Source of the DNA: Candidatus Gastranaerophilales bacterium
GTDB taxonomy: Bacteria > Cyanobacteriota > Vampirovibrionia > Gastranaerophilales > Gastranaerophilaceae
Length of the DNA: 64,000 nt
Reading direction: 5' to 3'
Assembly: GCA_017467305.1 (NCBI GenBank)
Contig: JAFTSM010000065.1
Location: 1,353-65,352, forward strand
Under the pieces are notes generated by a model. That model was not told the DNA's origin and did no database searches. It saw only the letters and a program-made list of their open reading frames with translations. The position numbers and the translations under genes are program-made. Below are positions 17,780-26,654 of this stretch, piece by piece (position 1 is the first letter of the stretch; every line of letters starts with the position of its first letter).

Positions 17780-18679
17780 ATGAATATAACAGATGAACAA
17801 GTAAGTAAGATTTTCGAATTAGCTTCAATGCAAGCTAAACTAGCAAATGGAGAAATTTCTTCTTCTGATATAACAGAAGCACTTATAGAAATTGAAAGAA
17901 AAATATATTCATTTTCTTCAGAATTTAAAATTAATTCTTTGTCTGATAAAAAGATTTTAATTGCTGATGACTTAGAATTGTCTATATATCAACTAGGTAC
18001 ACTTTTGAAAAGAATAGGTATAACTCCTAGTGTTGCAAGACATAAAGATGAAGCTGTTTCTGAATTGCAAAAATGTCATTTCGATTGTGTAATTATTGAT
18101 TTATTCATGCCGGATAGTACAGATGGTATTGATTTAATTAAAGCTGCTGTTCAACGTAGAAGCGAAACAGGTGTTTATAGTAAGATTGTTGTTATTTCTG
18201 GTACTGATGATACTTCTATGGTTGATTATTGTTACGAACTTGGTGTTGATTTGTATATTCAAAAAGATAAAGATTGGCATTCTAAGTTATTAAAATATTT
18301 AAGTACTTCTTTCCAATCAGAAAAAAATGTTGCATTTACAAGATATGTTATAAATAATGATATTGTATCTTATATCTTGAAACGATTTAATGACCCTAAA
18401 ATATTTGATGTTCTTGTTAAAAATATCAACTCATCAATGTTTACTGGCTTAAAAAATGTTTTGTTTGATATGCGTGAAATTACAACATTCGATGTTGATA
18501 ATGCGTATATTTTTGCAGATATATATAAAATATGTGCAGAAAACGGCGGAAAATTCGTTTTGGTTAATCCGTCTATTAGTGTGAAAGAAGCACTATCATT
18601 TGCATATTTGGCAGATATTATTCCATTTGTAGATTCAATGGAAGACGCTGTTTCAATGATTGTTTCTAAAAATAATTAA
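17780..18679 (+). CDS. response-regulator receiver domain fused to a STAS-like C-terminal domain
   Basis: KKILIADDLELSIYQL...CVIIDLFMPDSTDGIDLIKA...VISG are receiver D/D/T-type motifs. The C-terminus NVLFDMREITTFDVDNAYIFADIYKICAENGGKFVLVNPSISVKEAL resembles anti-sigma antagonist (STAS) proteins. Confidence 0.65.
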   Translation: MNITDEQVSKIFELASMQAKLANGEISSSDITEALIEIERKIYSFSSEFKINSLSDKKILIADDLELSIYQLGTLLKRIGITPSVARHKDEAVSELQKCHFDCVIIDLFMPDSTDGIDLIKAAVQRRSETGVYSKIVVISGTDDTSMVDYCYELGVDLYIQKDKDWHSKLLKYLSTSFQSEKNVAFTRYVINNDIVSYILKRFNDPKIFDVLVKNINSSMFTGLKNVLFDMREITTFDVDNAYIFADIYKICAENGGKFVLVNPSISVKEALSFAYLADIIPFVDSMEDAVSMIVSKNN

Positions 18680-19113
18680 TCTTCTAAAAGTTTAACTCTT
18701 TTTAGATGTCTGTCCTCTGCGAATTTTGTTTCAAGCCAAATTTTGCAAATATCTTTTGCTAAATATTCGCCTACAATTCTTTCCCCAAAACATAGAACAT
18801 TTGTATTGTTGTGTTCCCTAGAAAATTTTGCTGATGTTGTATCAGAACATACAACGGCTCTTATTCCTTTTATTTTGTTTGCTGCAATAGACATTCCAAT
18901 ACCTGTTCCACAGATAAGTATGCCTTTTTGAAATTCTTCGTTAGCAATTTTTTTAGCAAGTTCTTTTGCTATTAATGGGTAATCAATTGCTTTTGTTGAA
19001 TGGGTACCTATGTCAAAAACTTCATAACCTAATTCTGTTAGGAAAGGTTTTACTTTTTCTTTTAAATTGTAGCCTGCGTGGTCTGAACCAATAATAATTT
19101 TTTCGTTTTTCAT
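18676..19113 (-). CDS. rpiB: ribose-5-phosphate isomerase B
   Basis: IIIGSDHAGYNLKE...ILICGTGIGMSIAANKIKGIRA...REHNNTNVLCFGERIVG are hallmark RpiB/LacAB motifs. Confidence 0.85.
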   Translation of the reverse strand: MKNEKIIIGSDHAGYNLKEKVKPFLTELGYEVFDIGTHSTKAIDYPLIAKELAKKIANEEFQKGILICGTGIGMSIAANKIKGIRAVVCSDTTSAKFSREHNNTNVLCFGERIVGEYLAKDICKIWLETKFAEDRHLKRVKLLED

Positions 19114-19248
19114 AAGATACTCCTCTTTATGATTTTATCATACCTTTTATAAATTAAAATATGTTACAAATTTTAATTTTTTCAGCTCAAACTAGCATGT
19201 TTTTTACATATTGCTTTTTTATTTTAATAGTAGAAGGTACGGATTACT

Positions 19249-20040
19249 ATGACGTATACTCAGTCAAATAATGTTATATATCCAAATCAAACGGGTACTC
19301 CGTTATATACTTATGCGCCAAATTATCCGCAACAGCAACAAGTTGTGAGTGTTGCACCTCAGCCGGTTATTACTGCACCATATTATCAGTACCCTCAAAC
19401 TTCAATTTATAATGATCCGACTAAGCAAGCGGCATCTGGCGTTAATATCTATATTTATAATCCTTCTGGAATCGGTGGTCAAAGTTCATCTTCTACATTG
19501 AATTCGTATTCGACACCTCCAGCTGCACCAGCGCAACCTCAAGTTCAAGTAACACCGCAGGTACCTGCAGAAAAGGATATTGCACCTTCTCAACCTATTG
19601 CACAGCAACCAATAGCAGATACTTCAATTTCTAAGCCAGAAACTGATAAAACTAAGAGAATTGTTCAATTGACGGATGATTATATAAAATCTTTGGAAAG
19701 TTATTTGAGAAATCCTGATGAAACTGTAAGAAAGACTGCGATAAAGGAAATAATTCAACGTTTTGAAGAAGATGATTCAAGATATGATGACCCTGCTTTA
19801 ACAGCGTTGTTAAATATTGCACTTCAAGACCCAGTTCCAAATAATAGATTATTTGCTATGAGTGTAATTGCTGGTGGCAAAGCACATGGTGATGAAAATA
19901 CAATTAATATATTAAATAATTTAACTACTTCAGATAAAATGTATGGTCAAGAAGCCAAAATGGCATCGAGTGCATTAATTAAAGCTGCACAAGAAACAGA
20001 AACAGTTCCAGATTATTCAAAGGATAAAGATAAGCAATAA
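19249..20040 (+). CDS. hypothetical protein, P/Q-rich N-terminus with HEAT-like C-terminus
   Basis: Low-complexity PQQQQVVSVAPQP... is followed by RNPDETVRKTAIKEIIQRF...ALQDPVPNNRLFA, which is helical-repeat-like. Confidence 0.5.
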   Translation: MTYTQSNNVIYPNQTGTPLYTYAPNYPQQQQVVSVAPQPVITAPYYQYPQTSIYNDPTKQAASGVNIYIYNPSGIGGQSSSSTLNSYSTPPAAPAQPQVQVTPQVPAEKDIAPSQPIAQQPIADTSISKPETDKTKRIVQLTDDYIKSLESYLRNPDETVRKTAIKEIIQRFEEDDSRYDDPALTALLNIALQDPVPNNRLFAMSVIAGGKAHGDENTINILNNLTTSDKMYGQEAKMASSALIKAAQETETVPDYSKDKDKQ

Positions 20041-20063
20041 AGAGCAAAAAGTAAGGTAAAGGT

Positions 20064-20576
20064 ATGGCATCAATAAAGGCAGTAGCGTCAAAAGTGGCTA
20101 CAGGTGTAGCGACAGGTGTAAAGAAATTTTATGGTAAACCAATGAGTGTTACCTCAAAAGTTCTTGGCGTTGCAACAGCTGCAGCTGTTGTTTATGATTC
20201 TCATATAAATGGTCGTGAACGTGCTTATGCAATGGATGAGATAAAATCTGCTGATACTTTTTACAATCAATATAAACAATATATGTCATCAGAAAAAGAT
20301 AGTGCTACTATTTGTAAAATGAAGAAATGGTGGTTTGACGTTCAAAGGAACTTCCCATTAGATAATATTGCGTACAAGACCGGAGGATATTTATCTGGTT
20401 TTGGTCGTACGTTTACAAGGGAACTTCCAGCTCTTGCTCTTTCTGCGTTAACGTTGATTCCTAAAAATAAGACAGTGAATAAAGTTGCTGGTACATTTTT
20501 GGCTTTAAATGGACTTCAAACCTTCTTAACTGATGTTATGGGTGTTGGTGCAACTAAATCTGAAAGAAATTATTAA
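20064..20576 (+). CDS. hypothetical protein
   Basis: 170-aa ORF preceded by AAGGTAAAGG. No recognisable domain. Confidence 0.5.
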   Translation: MASIKAVASKVATGVATGVKKFYGKPMSVTSKVLGVATAAAVVYDSHINGRERAYAMDEIKSADTFYNQYKQYMSSEKDSATICKMKKWWFDVQRNFPLDNIAYKTGGYLSGFGRTFTRELPALALSALTLIPKNKTVNKVAGTFLALNGLQTFLTDVMGVGATKSERNY

Positions 20577-20741
20577 TCTTTGAAAACATTGATTTTAATG
20601 CTTTTACGATGTACCTATCTAGCCATGTGGCTAGGTTGAAACTAGTCGAGTGATTAATTTAAATAAAATTTTGCTTGTTCTAATATATAGCCGTTATGGA
20701 ACGCAATGTTCAACAATGCTTTTCTTAGAGAGGATGTTAAA

Positions 20742-21425
20742 ATGATGGAAATGCTAAAAAGTAGTGATGTTGTTACTGTTGTTATTGTTGAGGACTATAA
20801 GTTGACAAGGGTAGGTTTAAAATCAACATTGAATGAGTATGAACACATTAATGTTGTAGGTGAAGCTGAAGATGCAATTGAAGGACTAGAAATAATACAG
20901 AAGCTAAAGCCAAATGTTGTACTTATGGATTTAGGTTTGCCTGGCATGAATGGGCTTGAAGCAACAATGAAAATAAAGGAAATGGGGTTAAATACAAGGG
21001 TGATAATTTTAACTTCTCATGAAAGAGGAGAGGAAGTCATTGCTGCATTAGGTTCTGGTGCTAATGCTTATTGTTTAAAAGATATTTCACCAGAAACATT
21101 ATCAGAAGTAATTAGAAATGTTGCAGAAGGCGCTTGTTGGGTTGACCCTGCTGTTTCAGCTGTTGCTTTAAATTTCTTCCCAAAACCAGAAAATGTTTCA
21201 CTTATACAAACAAATGAGGTTCAAGACGCAAGGGCACAATTAACAGAAAGGGAACTTGAAGTTTTAAAACACTTGGTAAAAGGTAAAAGTAATACTGAAA
21301 TTGCAAAAGAGTTGATTGTAAGTGTTCATACAGCTAAGGCGCATGTATGTAGTATACTTCAAAAGCTATGTGTAGATGATAGAGTTCAAGCTGCGGTTAA
21401 GGCAATTAAAGAAAATATTATCTAG
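20742..21425 (+). CDS. NarL/FixJ (LuxR)-family response regulator
   Basis: VVIVEDYKLTRVGL...VLMDLGLPGMNGLEAT...LTSH is the receiver. LTERELEVLKHLVKGKSNTEIAKELIVSVHTAKAHVCSILQKL is the LuxR HTH. The start is moved to the ATG at 20742, behind GAGAGGA. Confidence 0.85.
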   Translation: MMEMLKSSDVVTVVIVEDYKLTRVGLKSTLNEYEHINVVGEAEDAIEGLEIIQKLKPNVVLMDLGLPGMNGLEATMKIKEMGLNTRVIILTSHERGEEVIAALGSGANAYCLKDISPETLSEVIRNVAEGACWVDPAVSAVALNFFPKPENVSLIQTNEVQDARAQLTERELEVLKHLVKGKSNTEIAKELIVSVHTAKAHVCSILQKLCVDDRVQAAVKAIKENII

Positions 21426-21440
21426 TGATATTTGAAAAAA

Positions 21441-21470
21441 GGGGAAGGGGTATCTTCCCCTTTTCTTTTT
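21441..21470 (+). terminator. intrinsic terminator
   Basis: GGGGAAG (21441-21447) pairs with CTTCCCC (21454-21460), followed by a T-rich tail. Confidence 0.7.
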
Positions 21471-21523
21471 GAAATAGTCATAATATGGTAAACTATACTT
21501 AGTTTAGAATATTAGGTTTGAAT

Positions 21524-22396
21524 ATGCCTTTAGTATCCGTAATAATGAGCACATATAATAGAGGATTAATGCTTGCAGAAGCTATTGATTCTGTATTAAA
21601 TCAATCTTTTGATGATTTTGAGTTTATTATTATTGATGATGCTTCAACTGATAATACGGAAGAAATTATAAAAAGTTATTCAGATAGCCGTATACGCTAT
21701 TTTAAGAATAGATTTAATTGTGGGTGTACGTTTAACTACCATAACGCAAATAACCTTGCTAGGGGCAAGTATGTGGCGCATATTGATGATGATGATATCT
21801 TTTTACAAGATAAATTAAAAAAACAAGTTGATTATTTAGAAAAAAATCAAAATATAGATATGGTTGGTACATTTGTTGATACCTTTGGTGAGGGTGTAAG
21901 ACCTTCTTGGGTATTTTATACAGAGCCAGCTGTTATAGATTTTTGCATGAACTTTTTTAATCCTATATGTCATTCTTCAGTAATGTATAGGAAATCGTTT
22001 ATAGATAAGCATGCTGTAAACTACGATATTAGAAAAAGATGTGCACAAGATTATGATTTTTATAAACAGTTTATCTTTAATGGTGGCTTGATATCTAATA
22101 TTCCAGAGATGTTGGTAAAGTATAGGATGCATGCCAACCGTTTGACAGATGTAAAAGAAACACAAGATATCCAGATTAATAATGCTGAAATTATTAAAAA
22201 AGAGCTGATAAATAGATTTTTAGATGATAGTTTATACCATAAATTTATAGAATTAATGGGTGGTTTTCCATTTAATCAATATGATGTTGATAGAGTTGAA
22301 GAAGCGTTAAATATGCTGTTTGAAGCTTCTTGTTATGAAAGAGAAGTATTAGAAAAAGTAGTAGAAGACATAAAAAATAATAAATTTAGATTTTAG
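21524..22396 (+). CDS. family 2 glycosyltransferase
   Basis: VSVIMSTYNRGLMLAEAIDSVLNQSFDDFEFIIIDDASTDNT...HIDDDD is the GT2 (GT-A) signature. The ATG at 21524 is preferred over the TTG at 21518. Confidence 0.8.
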   Translation: MPLVSVIMSTYNRGLMLAEAIDSVLNQSFDDFEFIIIDDASTDNTEEIIKSYSDSRIRYFKNRFNCGCTFNYHNANNLARGKYVAHIDDDDIFLQDKLKKQVDYLEKNQNIDMVGTFVDTFGEGVRPSWVFYTEPAVIDFCMNFFNPICHSSVMYRKSFIDKHAVNYDIRKRCAQDYDFYKQFIFNGGLISNIPEMLVKYRMHANRLTDVKETQDIQINNAEIIKKELINRFLDDSLYHKFIELMGGFPFNQYDVDRVEEALNMLFEASCYEREVLEKVVEDIKNNKFRF

Positions 22397-22442
22397 TACT
22401 TTACAATTAAATATTTTTTGATTAATATAATAATCAAGCGAT

Positions 22443-22529
22443 GGAGGAGTGCCAGAGCGGTTGATTGGAGCGGTCTTGAAAACCGTCGTACGTGCGAGCG
22501 TACCGTGGGTTCGAATCCCACCTCCTCCT
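22443..22529 (+). tRNA. tRNA-Ser (anticodon UGA), type II with long variable arm
   Basis: The acceptor GGAGGAG pairs with CTCCTCC. The anticodon stem is GCGGT/ACCGT with loop CTTGAAA (anticodon TGA). The variable arm is GTACG..CGTAC. The T arm is GTGGG-TTCGAAT-CCCAC. No encoded CCA. Confidence 0.85.
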
Positions 22530-22537
22530 AATTTTAA

Positions 22538-22563
22538 AGCCACCGATAAGGTGGCTTTTTTTA
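22538..22563. terminator. bidirectional intrinsic terminator (tRNA / first radical-SAM operon)
   Basis: AGCCACC-gataa-GGTGGCT followed by T7, with AAA before it. Confidence 0.75.
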
Positions 22564-22576
22564 TGTTTTAATTAAT

Positions 22577-23566
22577 TTATTTCAACGCATATTTTTGAAT
22601 TATATCTTCAACTTTTGAGTATACGGAGCATTTAATTCCTCTTTTTTTAGCTTCTTCTTTAAAGAGGGTATACATTTCTCCATAGTGTGGTGGGAAAGGT
22701 TTTTCGTCTAAGTTTGTGAATAATGCCCATTTATTATCTATAGTAAATTCAACCATTTTGATGCCAATATCTGACATTAAATCAAAGAATTTAATAATTT
22801 CTTCTTTATTATCATTAAAGTGTTCTACTAGTATGTATTTAACTATAATTGGTGGATTTTCTCTTCCTTTTGAGTATTCTCTCAAATTTTTTACAGAGTC
22901 ATTAAATTTATCAACTCTTTTTAATTTTTTATATGTTTCTGGAGTTCCACAATCTAATGAAGTAAAGAGTAATACTTTATTCAAATCCATTAATTTTTTT
23001 ATGATTGGTTGATAAACAATATTATTTGTTAAAATATGGATTTGTTTTACTCCGTTTTTTAAAAATTCTTTTATCATTTTTTCAAATTCTTTTAAAACAG
23101 AAATATCTCCACCTTGAATTACTGCAACCAATTCTTTTCTATTAAGTAGGTTTTGCTTGTAGAGTTCTTTTAATAGTGGAACAAAATCATAGTATTGGCT
23201 TTTTCCACTTTTGTAGGTTATTTCTCCGTGTGAATCAAACATTCTTGCGCAATAAATACAACCACAATTACATTGAGTCCAATGGCTTACATTTAGCATT
23301 GTGTATTGTTGTGAAATAACATCATTTTCTGTTTTTTCTTTTAAAAAGAAGCAACCTTTACAAGGTGATTTTTCTATATCTTCTTCATTCAATAGTGCAA
23401 ACGCATCTAGTTTTGTTTGTTTGAATTTTTTCCAGTCGATTCTTTTCCCTCTATAAGCTTCTTCATATACTGGACCAATTTGACCAGTACAGCAAGACAT
23501 TATTCTATCGTGGAAACAAGATAAGACATTATTTAATTCATTACAAAAATATTGTTTTTTTGTCAT
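22577..23566 (-). CDS. radical SAM protein, clade A (A1)
   Basis: CX3CX2C = CNCGCIYC. The N-terminal Cys motif is FC...SCC...CKGC. It has IQGGDIS, SLDCGTPETYKKLKRVDKF and VKYILVEHFNDNKEEI. By eye more than half its residues are identical to A6 (28768). Confidence 0.8.
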   Translation of the reverse strand: MTKKQYFCNELNNVLSCFHDRIMSCCTGQIGPVYEEAYRGKRIDWKKFKQTKLDAFALLNEEDIEKSPCKGCFFLKEKTENDVISQQYTMLNVSHWTQCNCGCIYCARMFDSHGEITYKSGKSQYYDFVPLLKELYKQNLLNRKELVAVIQGGDISVLKEFEKMIKEFLKNGVKQIHILTNNIVYQPIIKKLMDLNKVLLFTSLDCGTPETYKKLKRVDKFNDSVKNLREYSKGRENPPIIVKYILVEHFNDNKEEIIKFFDLMSDIGIKMVEFTIDNKWALFTNLDEKPFPPHYGEMYTLFKEEAKKRGIKCSVYSKVEDIIQKYALK

Positions 23567-23573
23567 TTATCCT

Positions 23574-24572
23574 CTATAAATTTAAAACTAGTGCTCTGTC
23601 GTAAAATTCAAAATGAATATTTTCATCTTGGCAGTGTTGTCTTATGTAAATGAGTAAATCTTTTACATATTGTGGGATTTCTCCACATTTATTCACAAAC
23701 CAATGTTCTTCAACGTCTGCAATAAGATATTTAACATCAAGCTTGTTAATACATAAATCAAGCCATTTATCGATTTCTTCTTTGTTATCATTAACATTTG
23801 GAATAATTATGTATTTTACGCCTAAACGTTTAGGGTCAGTTTTGTTTGCTTCTTTTGCATATTTTTTTATTGTTGAACAAACATCTTTAAATTTATCAAC
23901 GCCTTTTATCTTTTTGAACGTTTCTTTTGTACCAGCATCCAAAGAAATTACTATGTTCATATTTTTAATATATTTTGCAGTCATTCTGCTAAAACGTATG
24001 CCGTTTGTGTATAGTGCAAAATTTTTATTACCAGCTTTTGCAAATAAATTTATTATGTCATCAAACTTCTTTAATAAAGTAGGCTCACCCATTGCAAAAG
24101 AAACGTGTGCTTCTGGTTCCTTTTCAAGGTTATATATTTTTTGGTTAAGCATTTCTTTGAATAAAGGAATTATGTCATATGCCTTTGTTGTTCTTTTTTC
24201 TACAATTTCTTGATATGCAAAACAGTAGATACATTTAGAATTGCAATCATTTGAATGACCAACCCATATCATATCAATGTAGTTGTCTAAATCTGATAAA
24301 AATTGATTTTCTGAGTTTTCATCAAATTCTTCAATCCAATGGCAGCCTTTACAAAATGGTGGGATTACTCCTTCACGCATTTCGGAAACTAGTTTGTTTT
24401 TATTTTTAAAAATTTCTTCCCAATTAGCTTTATCTTTTGGTCCTTTATAAGGAACTATATAGTTGTTATTTCTTTCATTTGGTGAATGGATAGACAAATG
24501 ACAATGTCTAAAACAATCATAATGAATATAAAGTCCGTGTGCTAAATATCTGCATCTATACTTTTTTGTCAT
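23574..24572 (-). CDS. radical SAM protein, clade A (A2)
   Basis: CNSKCIYC, MGEPTLL (GGE-type motif), SLDAGTKETFKKIKGVDKF, IIPNVNDNKEEI. Confidence 0.8.
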   Translation of the reverse strand: MTKKYRCRYLAHGLYIHYDCFRHCHLSIHSPNERNNNYIVPYKGPKDKANWEEIFKNKNKLVSEMREGVIPPFCKGCHWIEEFDENSENQFLSDLDNYIDMIWVGHSNDCNSKCIYCFAYQEIVEKRTTKAYDIIPLFKEMLNQKIYNLEKEPEAHVSFAMGEPTLLKKFDDIINLFAKAGNKNFALYTNGIRFSRMTAKYIKNMNIVISLDAGTKETFKKIKGVDKFKDVCSTIKKYAKEANKTDPKRLGVKYIIIPNVNDNKEEIDKWLDLCINKLDVKYLIADVEEHWFVNKCGEIPQYVKDLLIYIRQHCQDENIHFEFYDRALVLNL

Positions 24573-24607
24573 AAAAAACCTCTATCCAAGTATGATTATA
24601 ACATAGT

Positions 24608-25606
24608 TTACTTTGTGGAGAATCCTTGTTCTAAAACTTTTGTTGTATATGGTGGAATACCTAAATCCATATTGTGTTTTCTGCAAGTTTCTTTTGCATA
24701 TTTTACTATGTCGTAATAGTGATTTGGAATTGTAAAACAACCATCAATGATATCTCTGTAATCAATATCTAAAACAATAATTTTAATTCCGATTTCAATC
24801 ATTTTATCCATAAATTTGGTAAATTCATCAATATTATCATTATGACCATTAACTATAATGTATTTTACAATTATCGAATCATTGCCAGCTGCGGCAATAT
24901 ATTTCTTTAGGTTATCAATGGATTTATCAAATTTATCTACTTGTTTTATTCTTTCATAAGTTTCTTTGCATCCAGCATCAAGCGCTGTACAAACTTCACC
25001 CTTTTTCATTTTCAAAAGATTTTCGATAACTGGCATATAAACAATATTGTTTGTAGGAATATAAATTGTTCCAACACCTCTATCTAAAAATGTTTGAATT
25101 ATTTCTTGATGATTTTTTAAGCAAGATATATTTCCACCTTGAAAATCGATGTATAGCTTTTCTTTGTCTATTAGGTCGTTATCGTAAAGCTCATTTATGA
25201 ATTTTAAGACATCATATAGGACTGGTTTGTTTTCATCTTCTTTTATTTTTTCAAAGGTTCTATTCCCTTGTGTACAATAAATACACGCACAATTGCATTG
25301 AGTATAGTGATTTAAAGTGATTTTATTTATTCTAAAATCAGTTGCTTCTTTATATTCTTCTAGGTGAACACAACCTTTGCAACCTTCTGGAATTATTCCA
25401 TTTTTTAAATTTTTAATAAGTTGTTTTTTATTTGAAATAAATTCTTTAATTGAATTTTTTTTAGAAAGTTCACTAACCATTGCTGGGCCAATGTTTGCAC
25501 TACAGCAAGGTTCTAGAGTATCTCTTGATGTAAAATGCAAGTGGTTATTTAGTAATGCACAACTATATGATTTTTTCTTTTTGAAAAATTTTTCTAAAAA
25601 ATTCAT
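24608..25606 (-). CDS. radical SAM protein, clade A (A3)
   Basis: CNCACIYC, FQGGNIS, ALDAGCKETYERIKQVDKF, IVNGHNDNIDEF. Confidence 0.8.
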   Translation of the reverse strand: MNFLEKFFKKKKSYSCALLNNHLHFTSRDTLEPCCSANIGPAMVSELSKKNSIKEFISNKKQLIKNLKNGIIPEGCKGCVHLEEYKEATDFRINKITLNHYTQCNCACIYCTQGNRTFEKIKEDENKPVLYDVLKFINELYDNDLIDKEKLYIDFQGGNISCLKNHQEIIQTFLDRGVGTIYIPTNNIVYMPVIENLLKMKKGEVCTALDAGCKETYERIKQVDKFDKSIDNLKKYIAAAGNDSIIVKYIIVNGHNDNIDEFTKFMDKMIEIGIKIIVLDIDYRDIIDGCFTIPNHYYDIVKYAKETCRKHNMDLGIPPYTTKVLEQGFSTK

Positions 25607-25649
25607 GAATAACTTTCTTTAATCTATTATTATAATATCAGAAATTTAG

Positions 25650-25655
25650 TATAAT
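25650..25655 (+). promoter_or_regulatory. -10 box (TATAAT) placed for a leaderless A4 transcript
   Basis: TATAAT at 25650-25655 is followed by 6 nt (GTTGTT) and then the ATG at 25662. No SD is present, so the predicted +1 coincides with the A of the start codon. Confidence 0.4.
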
Positions 25656-25661
25656 GTTGTT

Positions 25662-26654
25662 ATGCGTAAAAGATATTATTGTAAAAGACTTAATGAAACA
25701 CTAAACTTTGATGCACTTAAAGTATTTTATTGTTGTGCAACAAGAAATGGTCCTTCAATTGATGTTCCAAAACCAGATAAAATAAAAGATATTATAAAAA
25801 GAAGAAATTCTTTAATTAAAATGTTAGATAGAGGAGTGATTCCTCAAGAGTGTGTTGGTTGTTTTGATTTAAAAGAACAAGAAAATCCTAAACCTTTAAT
25901 TATAAGTCAGTTATCAAAGCCACCAAAAGCAAATATGATAATTGTTAAACACTTTAAACAATGTGATTGTAGTTGTGTTTATTGTTGCGAGCAGTACCTT
26001 TCTGAAAGAAAAATTGTTCTAAAATCTAAAAAAAGTGATTATTATGATTTGCTTCCTATAATTGAAGAACTCTATAAACAAGATATTGTTGATAAAAAAG
26101 AATTAGATGTTCATTTTCAGGGTGGTAATGTGTCTGTTCTTGATGAGTTTGATGATTTAGTTAATATCTTTATCAAAAATGGTGTAAAGCGTGTAGAAAT
26201 TGCTACAAATGGTATTAAATATCTTCCTCAAATTGAACAAATATCTAATAAAACTTTTGTTGATGTAAATATTTCTATTGATGCAGGTACAAGAGAAACT
26301 TATAAAAAGATTAAAACTGTTAATAAATTTGAAGACTTAGTTGAAAACTTAAAAAAGTATGCTAAATTACCAATTCTTTTGAGACTCAAATATATTTTGG
26401 TAAGAGGTATTAACGATAATAAAGAAGAACTAGAAAATTATATTAACCTTATGAAGGAAGTTGGTATTACAAATTCTGAACTTATGATTGATCAATGTGA
26501 TAGTGAGTTTCTTCAAAATGGTGAGTTTAAAATACCAGAATATTACTATGAATTATTCTCTTTTTATAAAGAAAAATGTGCTGAACAAGGTATAAAAGCA
26601 ACCATTTGGGAGTATATAGAGGAAATTTTACAAAAAGGTTCATTTTTTAAGTAA
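25662..26654 (+). CDS. radical SAM protein, clade A (A4)
   Basis: CDCSCVYC, FQGGNVS, SIDAGTRETYKKIKTVNKF, LVRGINDNKEEL. Confidence 0.8.
   Translation: MRKRYYCKRLNETLNFDALKVFYCCATRNGPSIDVPKPDKIKDIIKRRNSLIKMLDRGVIPQECVGCFDLKEQENPKPLIISQLSKPPKANMIIVKHFKQCDCSCVYCCEQYLSERKIVLKSKKSDYYDLLPIIEELYKQDIVDKKELDVHFQGGNVSVLDEFDDLVNIFIKNGVKRVEIATNGIKYLPQIEQISNKTFVDVNISIDAGTRETYKKIKTVNKFEDLVENLKKYAKLPILLRLKYILVRGINDNKEELENYINLMKEVGITNSELMIDQCDSEFLQNGEFKIPEYYYELFSFYKEKCAEQGIKATIWEYIEEILQKGSFFK

Noticed and set aside
20619-20634. Palindrome CTAGCC-atgt-GGCTAG downstream of the 170-aa gene
   Set aside because: It is a short stem with no T-run. It could be a weak terminator or a protein site, but there is nothing to support either.
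23650-24213. Long antisense ORFs inside well-supported genes. Examples are 23650-24213, 27004-27384, 27719-28069, 40983-41390, 44366-44749, 52647-53060, 55506-55964, 10809-11237, 63358-63795 and 14557-14955.
   Set aside because: Each lies opposite a CDS with strong family motifs. The translations are F/L/I/S-rich with no motifs. Such long antisense ORFs are expected from AT-rich codon bias.
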